From: a bacterium
Lineage (GTDB): Bacteria > Patescibacteriota > Patescibacteriia > UBA10025
Reading direction: 5' to 3'
DNA: 64,000 nt
NCBI GenBank assembly: GCA_021815445.1
Contig: JAKAGM010000001.1
Coordinates: 787,710-851,709, forward strand
Below, in pieces: positions 1-10,442 of this stretch (its first letter is position 1; every line of letters begins with the position of its first letter). The notes below the pieces were generated by a model that saw only the letters and a program-made list of their open reading frames with translations, made no database searches and was not told the origin of the DNA. Position numbers and translations under genes: made by a program.

Positions 1-163
1 AACTATATTTAAACGCCCCATCGAAATGCTCGGGGGAAATAACGAAGAGCGAACACGGCAGATTATCCACGAAGTGGTCCACCATGAAATCGGCCACTAC
101 TTCGGCATGGATGAACAGCGCGTGAGGGCGTGGGAGAAAAAGAAAAGACGGTCGTTGCGATAA
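1..163 (+). CDS. Partial CDS (C-terminal fragment) of a zincin-like metallopeptidase (DUF1025-type). The 5' end lies outside the window.
   Basis: Frame 2 reads ...IIHEVVHHEIGHYFGMDEQRVRAWEKKKRRSLR*, open to the window edge. The HExxH zinc-binding motif sits near the C-terminus, as is typical for this small family. Stop at 161-163. Confidence 0.5.
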   Translation, partial: TIFKRPIEMLGGNNEERTRQIIHEVVHHEIGHYFGMDEQRVRAWEKKKRRSLR

Positions 164-222
164 GTTGTTCGTTTATGGCGAACTCGAAACATTAATAAAA
201 TGGTGAAGCTGGAACATTAACT

Positions 223-711
223 ATGATAACTCTGCGAAAGTTTCGAAAAGCGGATACACAAGTTGTTGCATTGTTGGTTATGAGTACTTACAGGCAATTC
301 AATAGCACCGAATATGTCAGTAAACATGCAATTAAAGAATATCTTGATTACTACGACCCAAGGAAAAATGCAATCAAACAACTTTATGAAAATTTTCAAA
401 GAACGCCCATTTTTTATGTTGCAGTTGATGATAATAGAATAATTGGGATGATCCGCGGCAGACCCGGTAGAATAAGCAACTTATTTGTGGACGGGGAGCA
501 TCACAAAAAAGGGGTTGGCAGATTATTAGTAAATAGATTCGAATTTGAAGCAAAGAAACAAGAATCAAAAGAAATTAAAATCAGAGCTTCGCTTTATGCG
601 ACTCCTTTTTATCAAAAAATGGGCTATAAAAAAACTACAGGGATCCGAAATTTTCGTGGGTTGAAAGTCTACCCCATGAAGAAATCCCTCACTAGACACA
701 CGTCTGTATAA
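223..711 (+). CDS. GNAT family N-acetyltransferase
   Basis: 162 aa; acetyl-CoA binding motif A region IRGRPGRISNLFVDGEHHKKGVGRLLV (R/Q-x-x-G-x-G/A pattern). Confidence 0.65.
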   Translation: MITLRKFRKADTQVVALLVMSTYRQFNSTEYVSKHAIKEYLDYYDPRKNAIKQLYENFQRTPIFYVAVDDNRIIGMIRGRPGRISNLFVDGEHHKKGVGRLLVNRFEFEAKKQESKEIKIRASLYATPFYQKMGYKKTTGIRNFRGLKVYPMKKSLTRHTSV

Positions 712-743
712 GAAACGTGCTTCGCACAAACTTTTGGAAAACA

Positions 744-1847
744 CTACACCCGCTTTTCCTCGAATCCGAACGTAAAGTTGGCAAGGATAATCAACGCGAC
801 AGCCCAGCCGATCATCCAATAGACATCTTTAGCTATAACGCTGAAACCCGACCCGTTCGCCATCACTTCCCTCATGGCGTTGGCAAAATACGTCAAAGGG
901 AGGTACTGGACCACATGTCCAAGCCACGCTGGCATCGCATCAACTGGGAAAAATACTCCTGAGAGAAACAACATAGGGAATGCAATAAGGTTTGCAAGCG
1001 CGGGGACTGATTCGACAGTCTTGGCGATGCCGGAAATGACAAAGCCCAATCCGAGAAACATGACGCCTCCGAGCATCGCAAGCAACAATACCAGCCAATA
1101 CGAGCCCAGGACATGCGAATGGAAACCCAGAACGCCGATGGCAATAAGGATAGCCGCCTGTGCGAGCGCCATGAGCAATCGGGTCACCACATTCGCGGTA
1201 ACAAATTGGTACGGCCTCATCGGAGTCGCGATGAGACGTTTGAGAACCCCTTTTTCCTTATAATCGGCAAAGACAAAGGCAACGGAGAAAATAGACATCT
1301 GCATGACCGCCATTGCGACGATGCCGGGAAGCAAGAAATCTATGTACTTAACGTCACGGCTGTTGACTTGCTCCGTTTTGAGGTCGAAAAGCTCAGGCGC
1401 TCTGGCGATGCTCAGGGTGGTCTTGTCGAGAATTTGAGTCAGAATGCTTAACGTCGTCTGCACCTGCTGGGGCTGGGAGACATTCGTCAACGCGGTAATG
1501 GTCTGCTTTTGCGGTGGAGTTTTGGCTTGCGGATCGGGTAACAGTGCATCGGGCACTAGCAAAACAACGCTGCGGTCGCCTTTCTGAAGCGCTGTTCGCT
1601 GGTCCGCCTCACTGCCCCGCGTGACAGTAAACGCGCTTATCTGTGAAAGTTGGTCAATGAATTGTTGCGTCGCCGGAGTCGGATTTGATACGACTATGCC
1701 TACGGGAACTTTGGGGATGCGGTCAAAGCCGATGAATCCGAAGATAGTCATGATGACAGTCGGCATAAATAGCGCAAAAAAGAGCGACTGCTTATTGCGC
1801 ACGAACATTTTGATGGCTGATTTTGTGAGAGTGAAAAGTGTATACAT
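744..1847 (-). CDS. ABC-2 type transporter permease
   Basis: 367 aa. An N-terminal TM is followed by a large extracytoplasmic loop and then 5 C-terminal TMs (ABC-2 topology). It sits immediately downstream of the ATPase gene with an 8-nt gap. Confidence 0.75.
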   Translation of the reverse strand: MYTLFTLTKSAIKMFVRNKQSLFFALFMPTVIMTIFGFIGFDRIPKVPVGIVVSNPTPATQQFIDQLSQISAFTVTRGSEADQRTALQKGDRSVVLLVPDALLPDPQAKTPPQKQTITALTNVSQPQQVQTTLSILTQILDKTTLSIARAPELFDLKTEQVNSRDVKYIDFLLPGIVAMAVMQMSIFSVAFVFADYKEKGVLKRLIATPMRPYQFVTANVVTRLLMALAQAAILIAIGVLGFHSHVLGSYWLVLLLAMLGGVMFLGLGFVISGIAKTVESVPALANLIAFPMLFLSGVFFPVDAMPAWLGHVVQYLPLTYFANAMREVMANGSGFSVIAKDVYWMIGWAVALIILANFTFGFEEKRV

Positions 1848-1854
1848 AAAGATG

Positions 1855-2772
1855 TTATTCGCGAAGCGTGCTTCCGGTCAATTTGAGAAAGACGTCTTCA
1901 AGCGTCGCTTGACGCAGTTGGAGGTCAAAAACTTTAAATTCACAACTCGTCTCATGCTTAAAGAGCGCCGGTAAGGTGGCCTCGGGATTGCTGGAAAGGA
2001 GACGATACCCATGGTCCTCCGCAATTGCGGTCAACACGGCTGGAAGAGACTTGAAGTGCTCGACAGGACACGGTTTATCCACCCTGAATGTTATGGTCGA
2101 TCCGACATCCGCGCTTTTTAAGAGATTAAACGGAGTATCAAACGCAACAATTTTTGCGTGATCCATAATGGCGATCCTGTCGCACAGTACCTCAGCTTCT
2201 TCCATGTAGTGTGTCGTCAAAACAATAGTCTTGCCCTGTTTTTTGATTTCGGTAATCAAATCCCACATGTGCCTGCGCGCCTGGGGGTCTAGTCCCGTCG
2301 TTGGTTCGTCGAGAAAAAGCACTTTCGGGTCATTGACCAGCCCGACGGCGATTGACAGACGTTGTTTTTGGCCGCCGGAGAGCTCTTTGACCATGTTACC
2401 CATTTTCTCCTCGAGCTGGACCTTCCGCAGGAGCTCCACGGGATTCACTTTACGGTTATAGAGCGAGGCAAAAGTGACGAGAAGCTCGCGGAGGTTTAGA
2501 CCGTCAAAAAAAGATGATGCCTGGAGTTGAACGCCAATGATCGTCTTGACTTCGCGAGGATGGCTTTGGATATTGTGACCGTCGAGGATCGCTTCGCCCG
2601 CGGTGATGTGCTTCAGGCCTTCGAGCATTTCAAGAGTTGTCGTTTTCCCGGCGCCGTTGGGACCGAGTATGCCGAACGTTTCACCCTGGTGGACGTTAAA
2701 AGAAATATGGTCAACAGCAACCAAATCCCCGTATTTTTTAGTCAGGCCTTTGACCTGGATAATATCTTGCAT
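1855..2772 (-). CDS. ABC transporter ATP-binding protein
   Basis: Walker A GPNGAGKTTT, ABC signature LSGGQKQRLSIA, Walker B LFLDEPTTGLD. Confidence 0.9.
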   Translation of the reverse strand: MQDIIQVKGLTKKYGDLVAVDHISFNVHQGETFGILGPNGAGKTTTLEMLEGLKHITAGEAILDGHNIQSHPREVKTIIGVQLQASSFFDGLNLRELLVTFASLYNRKVNPVELLRKVQLEEKMGNMVKELSGGQKQRLSIAVGLVNDPKVLFLDEPTTGLDPQARRHMWDLITEIKKQGKTIVLTTHYMEEAEVLCDRIAIMDHAKIVAFDTPFNLLKSADVGSTITFRVDKPCPVEHFKSLPAVLTAIAEDHGYRLLSSNPEATLPALFKHETSCEFKVFDLQLRQATLEDVFLKLTGSTLRE

Positions 2773-2914
2773 AGTATAGTATAGAGTATGTGGAAATTAT
2801 TTTACTGTATTTCTCAATTCTCGTAAAGGATACACCGGAATACGGGCCCACAGCCACCATCCTTGGCTGCTTGAAAAACATGATAATCTGGCCTATAGTA
2901 GGTTTGCTATCAAT

Positions 2915-3925
2915 ATGCACAAAAAACCCGCTATTTCCGTAGTAATTCCTGCATTTAACGAAGAACGGTATCTCCGCGCGTGTTTATTGTCTTTGCGCCA
3001 GCAGGACATCGATGTGGAATATGAGCTTATTGTTGTCGATAACGGCAGTACTGATGCAACTGCGGATATTGCCCGTGAGTACGGAGCCCGTGTCGTGTTT
3101 GAACCGAGGAAGGGCATTTGCTATGCCAGGGAGGCGGGCACCAGGCAGGCGGAGGGTACTATCATTGTTTCCACTGACGCCGATTGTGTTACCCCTCGTG
3201 ACTGGCTTCAAAAAATCTATGATGCGTTTTTGATAGAACCGGAACTTGTCGGAGTTGCAGGCAGGATCCTTTATGAACCCAAACCCTTTTGGGGCAGAGC
3301 GTGGTCTCGGGGACTTTTCTGGGCGGTTGGTGCGTACTACAAGTTATTCGGCGTCGTCATGTATATCTCAGCGTGCAATTTTGCCTTCTCAAAGTGCGCA
3401 TGGGAAAAAGCGGGAGGATACAATGTTCGACTTGCCCAGGGCGGGGACGAGTACGACCTCTTATTCCGGCTGCGTTCTCAGGGCCATGTGGCATTCCTTC
3501 CTAATAATACTGCGCTCACCTCAAGCCGGCGTCTGGTGCATGGCATACTCTACAGCTTTTTTGTGACTGTGTGCTACTATTATCTTTTTGATTATTTTGT
3601 CCTCAGCCGTTTGACAGGACGCTCCGTCGCCGGCCTCTATCCTGAATTTCGGGGTGAGCAGCAATCACGGCTTCCGCTTTCGTCAAAGTTTGCGGTAGGC
3701 GCGTTAGTGATTCTTATCGGTTTTGGCATTGTACTGGGTTCTACGCCGTTGGCCAAAGCTACGCAGATTCCGCGGCACCAGCTTTCCGCGACGTTTCATA
3801 CCGCAAAAAATCATATTCAGCAATTTAATACTCATCTGGATTCGTGCACGGATAACCTCCCTGCGTGCACCATATCGGCGACGAGCAGGATGATACACTT
3901 TGCTGGACATCGGCGCGTCAGGTAA
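2915..3925 (+). CDS. Family 2 glycosyltransferase (GT-A fold) with a hydrophobic C-terminal region
   Basis: N-terminus ISVVIPAFNEERYL...IVVDNGSTDATADIA...STDADC is the classic GT2 pattern (DxD-like DAD). Confidence 0.8.
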   Translation: MHKKPAISVVIPAFNEERYLRACLLSLRQQDIDVEYELIVVDNGSTDATADIAREYGARVVFEPRKGICYAREAGTRQAEGTIIVSTDADCVTPRDWLQKIYDAFLIEPELVGVAGRILYEPKPFWGRAWSRGLFWAVGAYYKLFGVVMYISACNFAFSKCAWEKAGGYNVRLAQGGDEYDLLFRLRSQGHVAFLPNNTALTSSRRLVHGILYSFFVTVCYYYLFDYFVLSRLTGRSVAGLYPEFRGEQQSRLPLSSKFAVGALVILIGFGIVLGSTPLAKATQIPRHQLSATFHTAKNHIQQFNTHLDSCTDNLPACTISATSRMIHFAGHRRVR

Positions 3926-3927
3926 GT

Positions 3928-4644
3928 ATGCCATCTATCATATTTGCCGCAGTTGCCATTCTCGGTGTGGCCGTCTATTATCTCTTCTTCTCCTCTGCGT
4001 CCCAATCGCTTGGGCCGGTTGTCGCGCGGTCTGAAACCGAGGAAAAACTTGTCGCGTTGAGTTTTGATGACGGTCCCAACGAGCCGTTCACCGGGGAACT
4101 CGCGAATATCCTGCACGAGTACAATGTTCGCGCTACTTTTTTCTGTGTGGGACAAAACGTCGAGCGCTCACCCGAAAGTCTTAAGCGGCTTGATCGCGAC
4201 GGACATTGTATCGGCAACCACTCATACTCGCACTCATTAATTACACAGCTTTTTCCCGATCGTGCGCTGCAGGGGTTAACTCGGACGCAGGATATCATTA
4301 CTGCGACAATCCGCAAGCGTCCGGCGTTTTTTCGTCCTCCATGGTTTTTTCGCACGCCCGCAATGTTGTCCCGGGTGCGCAAACTTGGCCTCACGACGGT
4401 GAACGGTACCTTTGGCAGCTACGTCGAAGTATTCCATGTTTCAGGAAAATACATGGCGGAAAGGGCGTTAAAGAAGACGAGGCCCGGTGCAATCCTGGTA
4501 TTTCATGATGGATATAATAACAAAGGTGCGGAAAGGACCGAAACGGTTGATGCTATACGTTTGCTCATTCCTCAACTCCTTAAAGCCGGATACAAATTCG
4601 TCACCATCCCTGAGCTTCTGTCCCTGCCCGCGTACATTGGATAA
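3928..4644 (+). CDS. Polysaccharide deacetylase (NodB domain, CE4), with an N-terminal TM anchor
   Basis: LSFDDGPNEPFTGELANILHEYNVRATFFCVGQNV...GNHSYSHS. The ATG at 3928 directly follows the GT2 stop. The ORF track's longer 3865 start overlaps the GT2 gene. Confidence 0.8.
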   Translation: MPSIIFAAVAILGVAVYYLFFSSASQSLGPVVARSETEEKLVALSFDDGPNEPFTGELANILHEYNVRATFFCVGQNVERSPESLKRLDRDGHCIGNHSYSHSLITQLFPDRALQGLTRTQDIITATIRKRPAFFRPPWFFRTPAMLSRVRKLGLTTVNGTFGSYVEVFHVSGKYMAERALKKTRPGAILVFHDGYNNKGAERTETVDAIRLLIPQLLKAGYKFVTIPELLSLPAYIG

Positions 4645-4654
4645 AAAACCCGGT

Positions 4655-5503
4655 ATGCATAAAAAAACTACACTTCGAATTGCTGCAACGCTGGTCGTGG
4701 GAACGGCCGCCGTGGTAACAGGTTTTGTGTTATTCCATAGATCCTCCCAACCGATGGCGAACAATCAGCCTCCCGCGGTTAATTCATCAGCGGACGTGAA
4801 CCGAGCACCGATAAATACGAAAGCGGCAAAAAATGCCAACGTCGCCGCCATTCCCCAACCGGAGAACACCAATACCGCAACGGTGAATTCAGCCACTTCG
4901 AATACTTCATTAAAAGAAATAACAATTGGCAACACTGCAAAAAAGCAGATTATTTTTACCTTTGATGCCGGCTCCGGTACCCAGTCCTTAGACAAAATCC
5001 TCGCCACTTTAACAAAGCACAATCTGACGGGCACATTTTTCATTACCGGCGCATGGGCAACGAAAAATGGGGATTCAGTGAAACGCATCAGCGCCGCGGG
5101 ACATGAAATCTACAACCATACCTATACGCACCCCCATCTCACGCAAGTGAGTGACGCGGACATAGCATCTGAGCTGAGCAGAACAGATACGCTTATCACC
5201 CAGCTGACGGGCAAATCAACAAAGCCCTACTTCCGTCCTCCGTATGGCGATCGCAACGCACATGTCCTCGACATAGCTTCACAAGCCGGATACCGCTCGG
5301 TATACTGGACTACGGACGCCCTGGATTGGGAGACCGGGCAGACTGCAGATGTTGTAGAAAGCCGAATACTGTCTCATCTCAAGCCCGGCGCTATCTTTTT
5401 GATGCACGTCGGCGACGATATCACGGGACAGATTTTGGACGATACTATGACAAAAATCCTTGCTCAAGGGTATACACTCGTCTCGCTTAGCAAGGGTCTC
5501 TGA
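4655..5503 (+). CDS. Second polysaccharide deacetylase (NodB domain), N-terminal TM, N/T-rich linker
   Basis: IIFTFDAGSGTQSL...TGTFFITGAWATKNG...GHEIYNHTYTHPHL. The likely start MHKKTT at 4655 is in frame with the 4487 ORF. Confidence 0.8.
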   Translation: MHKKTTLRIAATLVVGTAAVVTGFVLFHRSSQPMANNQPPAVNSSADVNRAPINTKAAKNANVAAIPQPENTNTATVNSATSNTSLKEITIGNTAKKQIIFTFDAGSGTQSLDKILATLTKHNLTGTFFITGAWATKNGDSVKRISAAGHEIYNHTYTHPHLTQVSDADIASELSRTDTLITQLTGKSTKPYFRPPYGDRNAHVLDIASQAGYRSVYWTTDALDWETGQTADVVESRILSHLKPGAIFLMHVGDDITGQILDDTMTKILAQGYTLVSLSKGL

Positions 5504-5558
5504 GTTTTTTTGAATGCAATAAATCGAATATAATAATCTAAGTGTTAAAGGTAAAAAT

Positions 5559-5831
5559 ATGGAAACAGCTCCTGAGGCAGAAGAAAAAAAACAGTTGAAT
5601 CTCCGCAAAGAGATTCGCGAGCGTACCGTCGGATACATCGTCGCAGCTCTAGGGTTAGTCGCAGGGCTTGCCTGGAACGATGCGATAAAATCATCCATTG
5701 AGTATTTCTTCCCGTTCCACAATGGTGCCCTTTGGGCTAAGTTTATTTACGCGGTGATTATCACCCTCGTGGTTATTTTCGGAAGTATCGGGATAATGAA
5801 GTGGCTTGGCGGTGAGGAAGAGAAAAAATGA
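5559..5831 (+). CDS. Small two-TM membrane protein (DUF5654-like, hypothetical)
   Basis: 90 aa, charged N-terminus then two hydrophobic helices, ends GGEEEKK. Confidence 0.45.
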   Translation: METAPEAEEKKQLNLRKEIRERTVGYIVAALGLVAGLAWNDAIKSSIEYFFPFHNGALWAKFIYAVIITLVVIFGSIGIMKWLGGEEEKK

Positions 5832-5947
5832 CTTGGTCTTCCTTTATGATCAAAAAGCAAAGAAAATTCGAAAAAAATAACCCAGTATAAATGAAAAAAA
5901 GCCGCTGGGCGATACCATGCGGCTTGTACAACCGAGCGAGATACTGA

Positions 5948-6565
5948 TCATTCTTCGAGTTTCTTTTGGTCAGGATCATCGATCCGTATCAGACATCGGA
6001 GGCTGGCAGCATTCTGCCTTGCAGCTTCGGTCGATGTGCTAATGTCCTCCAGGAGTCCAGACCATTCATACCCATGAATGGCAAAGCATGCCAGTACTAG
6101 ACGATGCCATGAGTCATCAAGAACAATGTGCTGCGCAATGAACCCATAGATCAGCCGCGTGTTACGACACCATGCGTACGTGTCGCTCTGGCGAAGTCTT
6201 TCCCCATAATGGGTCCAGACCCTGTGAAAGAACGCCGCGACGGCAGCTTTGATGCGCTGATCCTCAATGCCCCAAAGGCTACCGATGGTCTTCTTAAAGT
6301 TGACGTCCGCCTGGCCTGACTCATCGATGACCCGTTGAATTCGAAGAAAAAGTAGCAGTTCGTCCTTCGTACAGGTGGCGGGAAGACCACGATCATCACG
6401 CGTATTGTCATCAAGCCAGCGCGTTATCGCGTCAAGCACTTCATTACTGTAGTGTCCCGAATCATCTGCGGACACCTTTCCTTTTTTATCCTGAGATCGC
6501 GGCATACTGTCTCCTTTTGGTTTATTGTGAGAGTACATCCTTTTGCTGAACGAATAAGCATACAC
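5948..6565 (-). CDS. Hypothetical protein
   Basis: 205-aa ORF with no recognisable motif. A lysine-rich N-terminus follows the M at 6505, so the start is uncertain. Confidence 0.4.
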   Translation of the reverse strand: MYAYSFSKRMYSHNKPKGDSMPRSQDKKGKVSADDSGHYSNEVLDAITRWLDDNTRDDRGLPATCTKDELLLFLRIQRVIDESGQADVNFKKTIGSLWGIEDQRIKAAVAAFFHRVWTHYGERLRQSDTYAWCRNTRLIYGFIAQHIVLDDSWHRLVLACFAIHGYEWSGLLEDISTSTEAARQNAASLRCLIRIDDPDQKKLEE

Positions 6566-6664
6566 CTATAAGAAATATTGTCAATATTATTAACATAAAG
6601 TTATTTAAAATATTGCCTATTATTAAAAATTATTTGAAACATAGGTAGAATGTTGTCATTATTA

Positions 6665-6693
6665 TTGACAAGAATGTCCACATCTGCTATTAT
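6665..6693 (+). promoter_or_regulatory. Sigma70-like promoter for the TrmB-led operon
   Basis: TTGACA, a 17-nt spacer, then TATTAT. This places the TSS about 10 nt before the ATG at 6714, i.e. a near-leaderless transcript. Confidence 0.45.
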
Positions 6694-6713
6694 AGGCCCG
6701 AGATGCGGCACAT

Positions 6714-7466
6714 ATGATACTTGACCAATCTTTACAGGAATTCGGCCTAACTGAAAAAGAGGCTAAAGTGTATCTTGCCGTCTTGGAGTTGGGCCAGGAT
6801 GCTGTGTTAGGTATCGCGAAAAAATCTGAATTAAAACGACCTACAGTCTATCTTATTCTGGAGTCGTTGATTAAACGCGGACTCGTACGAAAAATACCAA
6901 AAGGAACAACAACATTCTACGTGACAGAAGACCCGGATATATTGCTCCAAGTTCTTGAAAAGCGTCAAAAGTCAATCAAGGATGTCATCCCTTTCCTTAA
7001 GGCCATATATAATAGGCGTGATACAAAACCTCAAATACGCTTTTACGAGGGCCGGGAAGGAATTCAAAAAGCATATGGAGAATTTCGTCTGGCTAAAAAA
7101 AATATCCTTTTTTACGGCTCAATCAAGGATATTCTGGAGAGCTTTCCCGACGAAATGTTAACATATGAAATAATAAAGAAAATGGGCATTTCAGTAAAAG
7201 AAATCATGTCGTCGGACCCCGTTGATATAAAATATGCGAAAGAGATCATGGGATATAAAAATCCCAAACACGAAGTTCGAATACTGAAAAAGGGAACCAT
7301 CTTTGCTATAGATACGGCAATTATTGATGATAATAAAATCGCCATAGTATCTTTGAAGGGTAACGCTTTTAGTGTCATGATTCAAAGTAAGGATATCGCC
7401 CAATCGTTTAAAACACTTTATGAGCTTGCTTGGGCGAGCGCGATAAAAGTAACAGACATTGTATGA
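6714..7466 (+). CDS. TrmB-family (sugar-specific) transcriptional regulator
   Basis: N-terminal wHTH LTEKEAKVYLAVLELGQDAVLGIAKKSELKRPTVYLILESLIKRGLV, plus a C-terminal TrmB-like effector domain. Confidence 0.7.
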   Translation: MILDQSLQEFGLTEKEAKVYLAVLELGQDAVLGIAKKSELKRPTVYLILESLIKRGLVRKIPKGTTTFYVTEDPDILLQVLEKRQKSIKDVIPFLKAIYNRRDTKPQIRFYEGREGIQKAYGEFRLAKKNILFYGSIKDILESFPDEMLTYEIIKKMGISVKEIMSSDPVDIKYAKEIMGYKNPKHEVRILKKGTIFAIDTAIIDDNKIAIVSLKGNAFSVMIQSKDIAQSFKTLYELAWASAIKVTDIV

Positions 7467-7954
7467 ACCCCCTCTCGCCGCGAAAAACGACGATGACGCT
7501 CTGTCTTATCGTCCAAAACGGCAATGTGCTGCTCGGGATGAAAAAACGGGGATTCGGGGCCGGATGGTGGAATGGGTTTGGAGGTAAGGTACATGAAGGT
7601 GAGGATCTGGAAAATGCTGTTCAGAGGGAACTCCATGAGGAAGCGGGAATACGCGCAGTGAGCCCAAAAAAACAGGCTATCTTAACGTTTGAGTTTAAGA
7701 ACAGCCCGCAGTTTTTTGAAGGGCATGTTTTCTTCGCTGATGCATTCACCGGTGAGCCAAGGGAGACCGAAGAAATGAAACCCCAGTGGTTTTCAATTAC
7801 TACTATGCCTTACGGCATAATGTGGCCCGGCGACAGATATTGGATGCCGAGTTTCTTTGCAGGTCGTCGCTTCCGGGCATATCTTCTTTTTGATGGGAAT
7901 AAACATTTACTCAGCCACGAACTGAATGAAGTACCGCAACATGAAGTGCTATGA
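7463..7954 (+). CDS. NUDIX hydrolase
   Basis: Nudix box GGKVHEGEDLENAVQRELHEEAGI. The ATG overlaps the TrmB stop (ATGA), indicating translational coupling. Confidence 0.8.
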   Translation: MNPLSPRKTTMTLCLIVQNGNVLLGMKKRGFGAGWWNGFGGKVHEGEDLENAVQRELHEEAGIRAVSPKKQAILTFEFKNSPQFFEGHVFFADAFTGEPRETEEMKPQWFSITTMPYGIMWPGDRYWMPSFFAGRRFRAYLLFDGNKHLLSHELNEVPQHEVL

Positions 7955-8580
7955 AACTTGTTTTCGCAACACATAATCACGGGAAAATTCGGGAGATGGC
8001 GTCAATCCTTGCTGATCTCGCAATTGACGTTGTTTCCGCAGACGAGGCGGGTGTGACAAAAGATGTGGAAGAAGACGGTAGCACTTTGGAAGAAAACGCG
8101 CTCAAAAAAGCAAAATACGTAGCCCACGAAACTCATGAGTGGGTCATTGCAGACGACACCGGCCTTTTTATCGACGCGCTCGGCGGTGCTCCGGGTATCC
8201 ACTCGAATCGGTGGGCGGGTGAACAGGTGAAGGGGAATAAATTGGCTGAATACACTCTCCAGCAAATGCTCAAGATTCCTGCTGATAAGCGTTCGGGCAA
8301 TTTTACCAGCGTCGTAGTGGTGGTCGCGCCGGGCGGAAAACATTGGACATTTCAAGGAAAGCTCAAGGGGACTATTGCCCCGTCGCCTCGCGGCACCCCG
8401 CGTCCGCTGCTACCGTATGATACAATCTTCATTCCCGAAGGGGAACGTCGGACCTTCGCTGAGATGAGCGAATCAGAAAAAAACGCAATCAGCCATCGGG
8501 GCCGCGCTTTCGAAGGAATAAAGAAATTTCTTGAGGAGCGGTTAAAGGTGGATAATAAAGATTATGAAGTACCGAGATAA
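7951..8580 (+). CDS. rdgB: Non-canonical purine NTP pyrophosphatase (RdgB/Ham1 family, dITP/XTP pyrophosphatase)
   Basis: FATHNHGKIRE, ADDTGLFIDALGGAPGIHSNRW and FIPEGERRTFAEMSESEKNAISHRGRAF. The ATG overlaps the Nudix stop. Confidence 0.85.
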   Translation: MKLVFATHNHGKIREMASILADLAIDVVSADEAGVTKDVEEDGSTLEENALKKAKYVAHETHEWVIADDTGLFIDALGGAPGIHSNRWAGEQVKGNKLAEYTLQQMLKIPADKRSGNFTSVVVVVAPGGKHWTFQGKLKGTIAPSPRGTPRPLLPYDTIFIPEGERRTFAEMSESEKNAISHRGRAFEGIKKFLEERLKVDNKDYEVPR

Positions 8581-9547
8581 CGTCTACGGAACAATACCTA
8601 TTTCAGAACCGGTCGCTATTAATATTATCAATAGCCCGGCAATGCAGCGATTGAAAGGCATCGACCAAGGGGCGTACAGAAAACCTTTTTTTCCGGGCAC
8701 CCCGACGAACCGTTTTGACCATTCTGTCGGAGTATTTCTTCTTTTGCGGATATTCAAGGCACCGCTTCTGGAACAGATTGCGGGCTTGATCCACGATGTG
8801 TCCCATTCAGCGTTCTCACATGGCATTGAATATATCCTCAAACAAGGCAATGCGAAAACCCAGGGGCACCAGGACAATATTCACAATGACTTCGTGAAAA
8901 ATTCGGAAATCACCGGCATACTTTCGAGGTATGGCATGAATGTCGATGACATACTCGATGACTCGCGCTTCCCTTTGAAAGAAAATGATCTGCCCGATAT
9001 ATGCGCAGATAGGATCGACTATACTCTGCGCGACGGGGTTTCATATGGCGAACTAACTATTAGAGAAGCGAAAGAAATCTTAAGTTCGCTTTCGACGGTG
9101 AACGGCAGGTGGATATTTGCCGACTTTGCTCATGCGCGGAATTTTGCGCAATTTTATAATAAGCTGAACGGAGACTATTGGGCAGGCATAGAATCGGCTG
9201 TCATGTTTCATACCGTAGGCGAGTACATTGCCCATGCGTTACAAAAGCACTATATTGAACTTGAAGATTTGTATACGACTGACCAGGAAGTGTTTAATAA
9301 AATCGAACCTCATCTTAAAAATGATGAGTGCGCGCAATTGTTGCATGATCGCATGAATCACCATATAAACTTTATAAACTCTCCCGGACACTTTGACACG
9401 CGTGTCATCATTAAATCCAGAGCTATTGATCCGCTCTGCTGCCATGACGGGGCCGTGAAGCGCGTATCCGAGATTGACCCGTACTGGACTCAGACTGTTC
9501 AGGAGGAATCAAAGCCGAAAGAATATTTCATCAAATTTGAACAATAG
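8564..9547 (+). CDS. HD-domain phosphohydrolase of the dGTPase/SAMHD1-like dNTP triphosphohydrolase family
   Basis: N-terminus YGTIPISEPVAINIINSPAMQRLKGIDQ...NRFDHSVGV, HD motif LIHDVSHSAFSH, and DRIDYTLRD. It overlaps rdgB by 17 nt. Confidence 0.65.
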   Translation: MKYRDNVYGTIPISEPVAINIINSPAMQRLKGIDQGAYRKPFFPGTPTNRFDHSVGVFLLLRIFKAPLLEQIAGLIHDVSHSAFSHGIEYILKQGNAKTQGHQDNIHNDFVKNSEITGILSRYGMNVDDILDDSRFPLKENDLPDICADRIDYTLRDGVSYGELTIREAKEILSSLSTVNGRWIFADFAHARNFAQFYNKLNGDYWAGIESAVMFHTVGEYIAHALQKHYIELEDLYTTDQEVFNKIEPHLKNDECAQLLHDRMNHHINFINSPGHFDTRVIIKSRAIDPLCCHDGAVKRVSEIDPYWTQTVQEESKPKEYFIKFEQ

Positions 9548-9568
9548 GCTAAGAACAATGCAGAACAC

Positions 9569-10408
9569 ATGACGCATCCGGTCATCCAACACATTCTTGC
9601 ACGGCGCGGAAAGCATGTTCCGCAAAATGACGGCCGAACCATCGGCTTGGTTGCCTACGGCGGGTCGATGTCGGGGGTAATCGGCGGAGGCGCGATGATA
9701 GCACTGGAAGAACTCGGCTTGAGTCACGCATTTGACCATATCATATGCAACTCTGCGGGTTTCGCGAACGCTTCCTATCTTCTCGCGGACTCCACTCATA
9801 TTGGCGCCACCATTTACTTCGAAGAGTGCGCGAGCCGCAAATTTATTAATTTTTTCCGTTTTTGGAACATCGTTGATATCGATTTTCTAATTGACGTCAT
9901 GCGCACAAAAAAAATATTGCACGTTGACCGCATTGCATCGTCTGAAACCAAACTTTATGTCGAGTTACATTCCACTCGGACGCATAAAGAGCAATATCTC
10001 GAAGTACACACCATTCCTCCCGACCACTATTTCGAGATTATGCACGCGGCAACTGCCATCCACTATTTGCACCCCGGCGGCAGTTTCATTAACGGTATCC
10101 CGTACATGGATATCCGGCCGTACACACGTTCCAAACACATCCAACAGGCCCAGGCGCTTGGCTGTACGGATATTCTGGTCATCTACAACCGGATCGACCA
10201 ACAAGGACGAGACGTATCCCCTTCCGAACAGATTGTCGAGGTGCTTCCGGACAAAGATTGGCAGGTAAAGCCGTATGAGCAAAACCCCGAGATCCTGCGT
10301 GCCGGATACCGCAACATGGGCCGGCGGATTAAACAAATTTTTGGAGTTGATGGAGGAATATCGTTTAATATGTTCACGGAAAACGACATAGTCGATGTCC
10401 AGGTTTAA
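9569..10408 (+). CDS. Patatin-like phospholipase family protein (putative)
   Basis: Glycine-rich AYGGSMSGVIGGGAM oxyanion-hole-like region and an x-S-x-G nucleophile elbow (CNSAG). The catalytic Asp could not be located with confidence. Confidence 0.45.
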   Translation: MTHPVIQHILARRGKHVPQNDGRTIGLVAYGGSMSGVIGGGAMIALEELGLSHAFDHIICNSAGFANASYLLADSTHIGATIYFEECASRKFINFFRFWNIVDIDFLIDVMRTKKILHVDRIASSETKLYVELHSTRTHKEQYLEVHTIPPDHYFEIMHAATAIHYLHPGGSFINGIPYMDIRPYTRSKHIQQAQALGCTDILVIYNRIDQQGRDVSPSEQIVEVLPDKDWQVKPYEQNPEILRAGYRNMGRRIKQIFGVDGGISFNMFTENDIVDVQV

Positions 10409-10442
10409 ATATTTGCGTGAAAAGTAATCCTATGGTCCAACT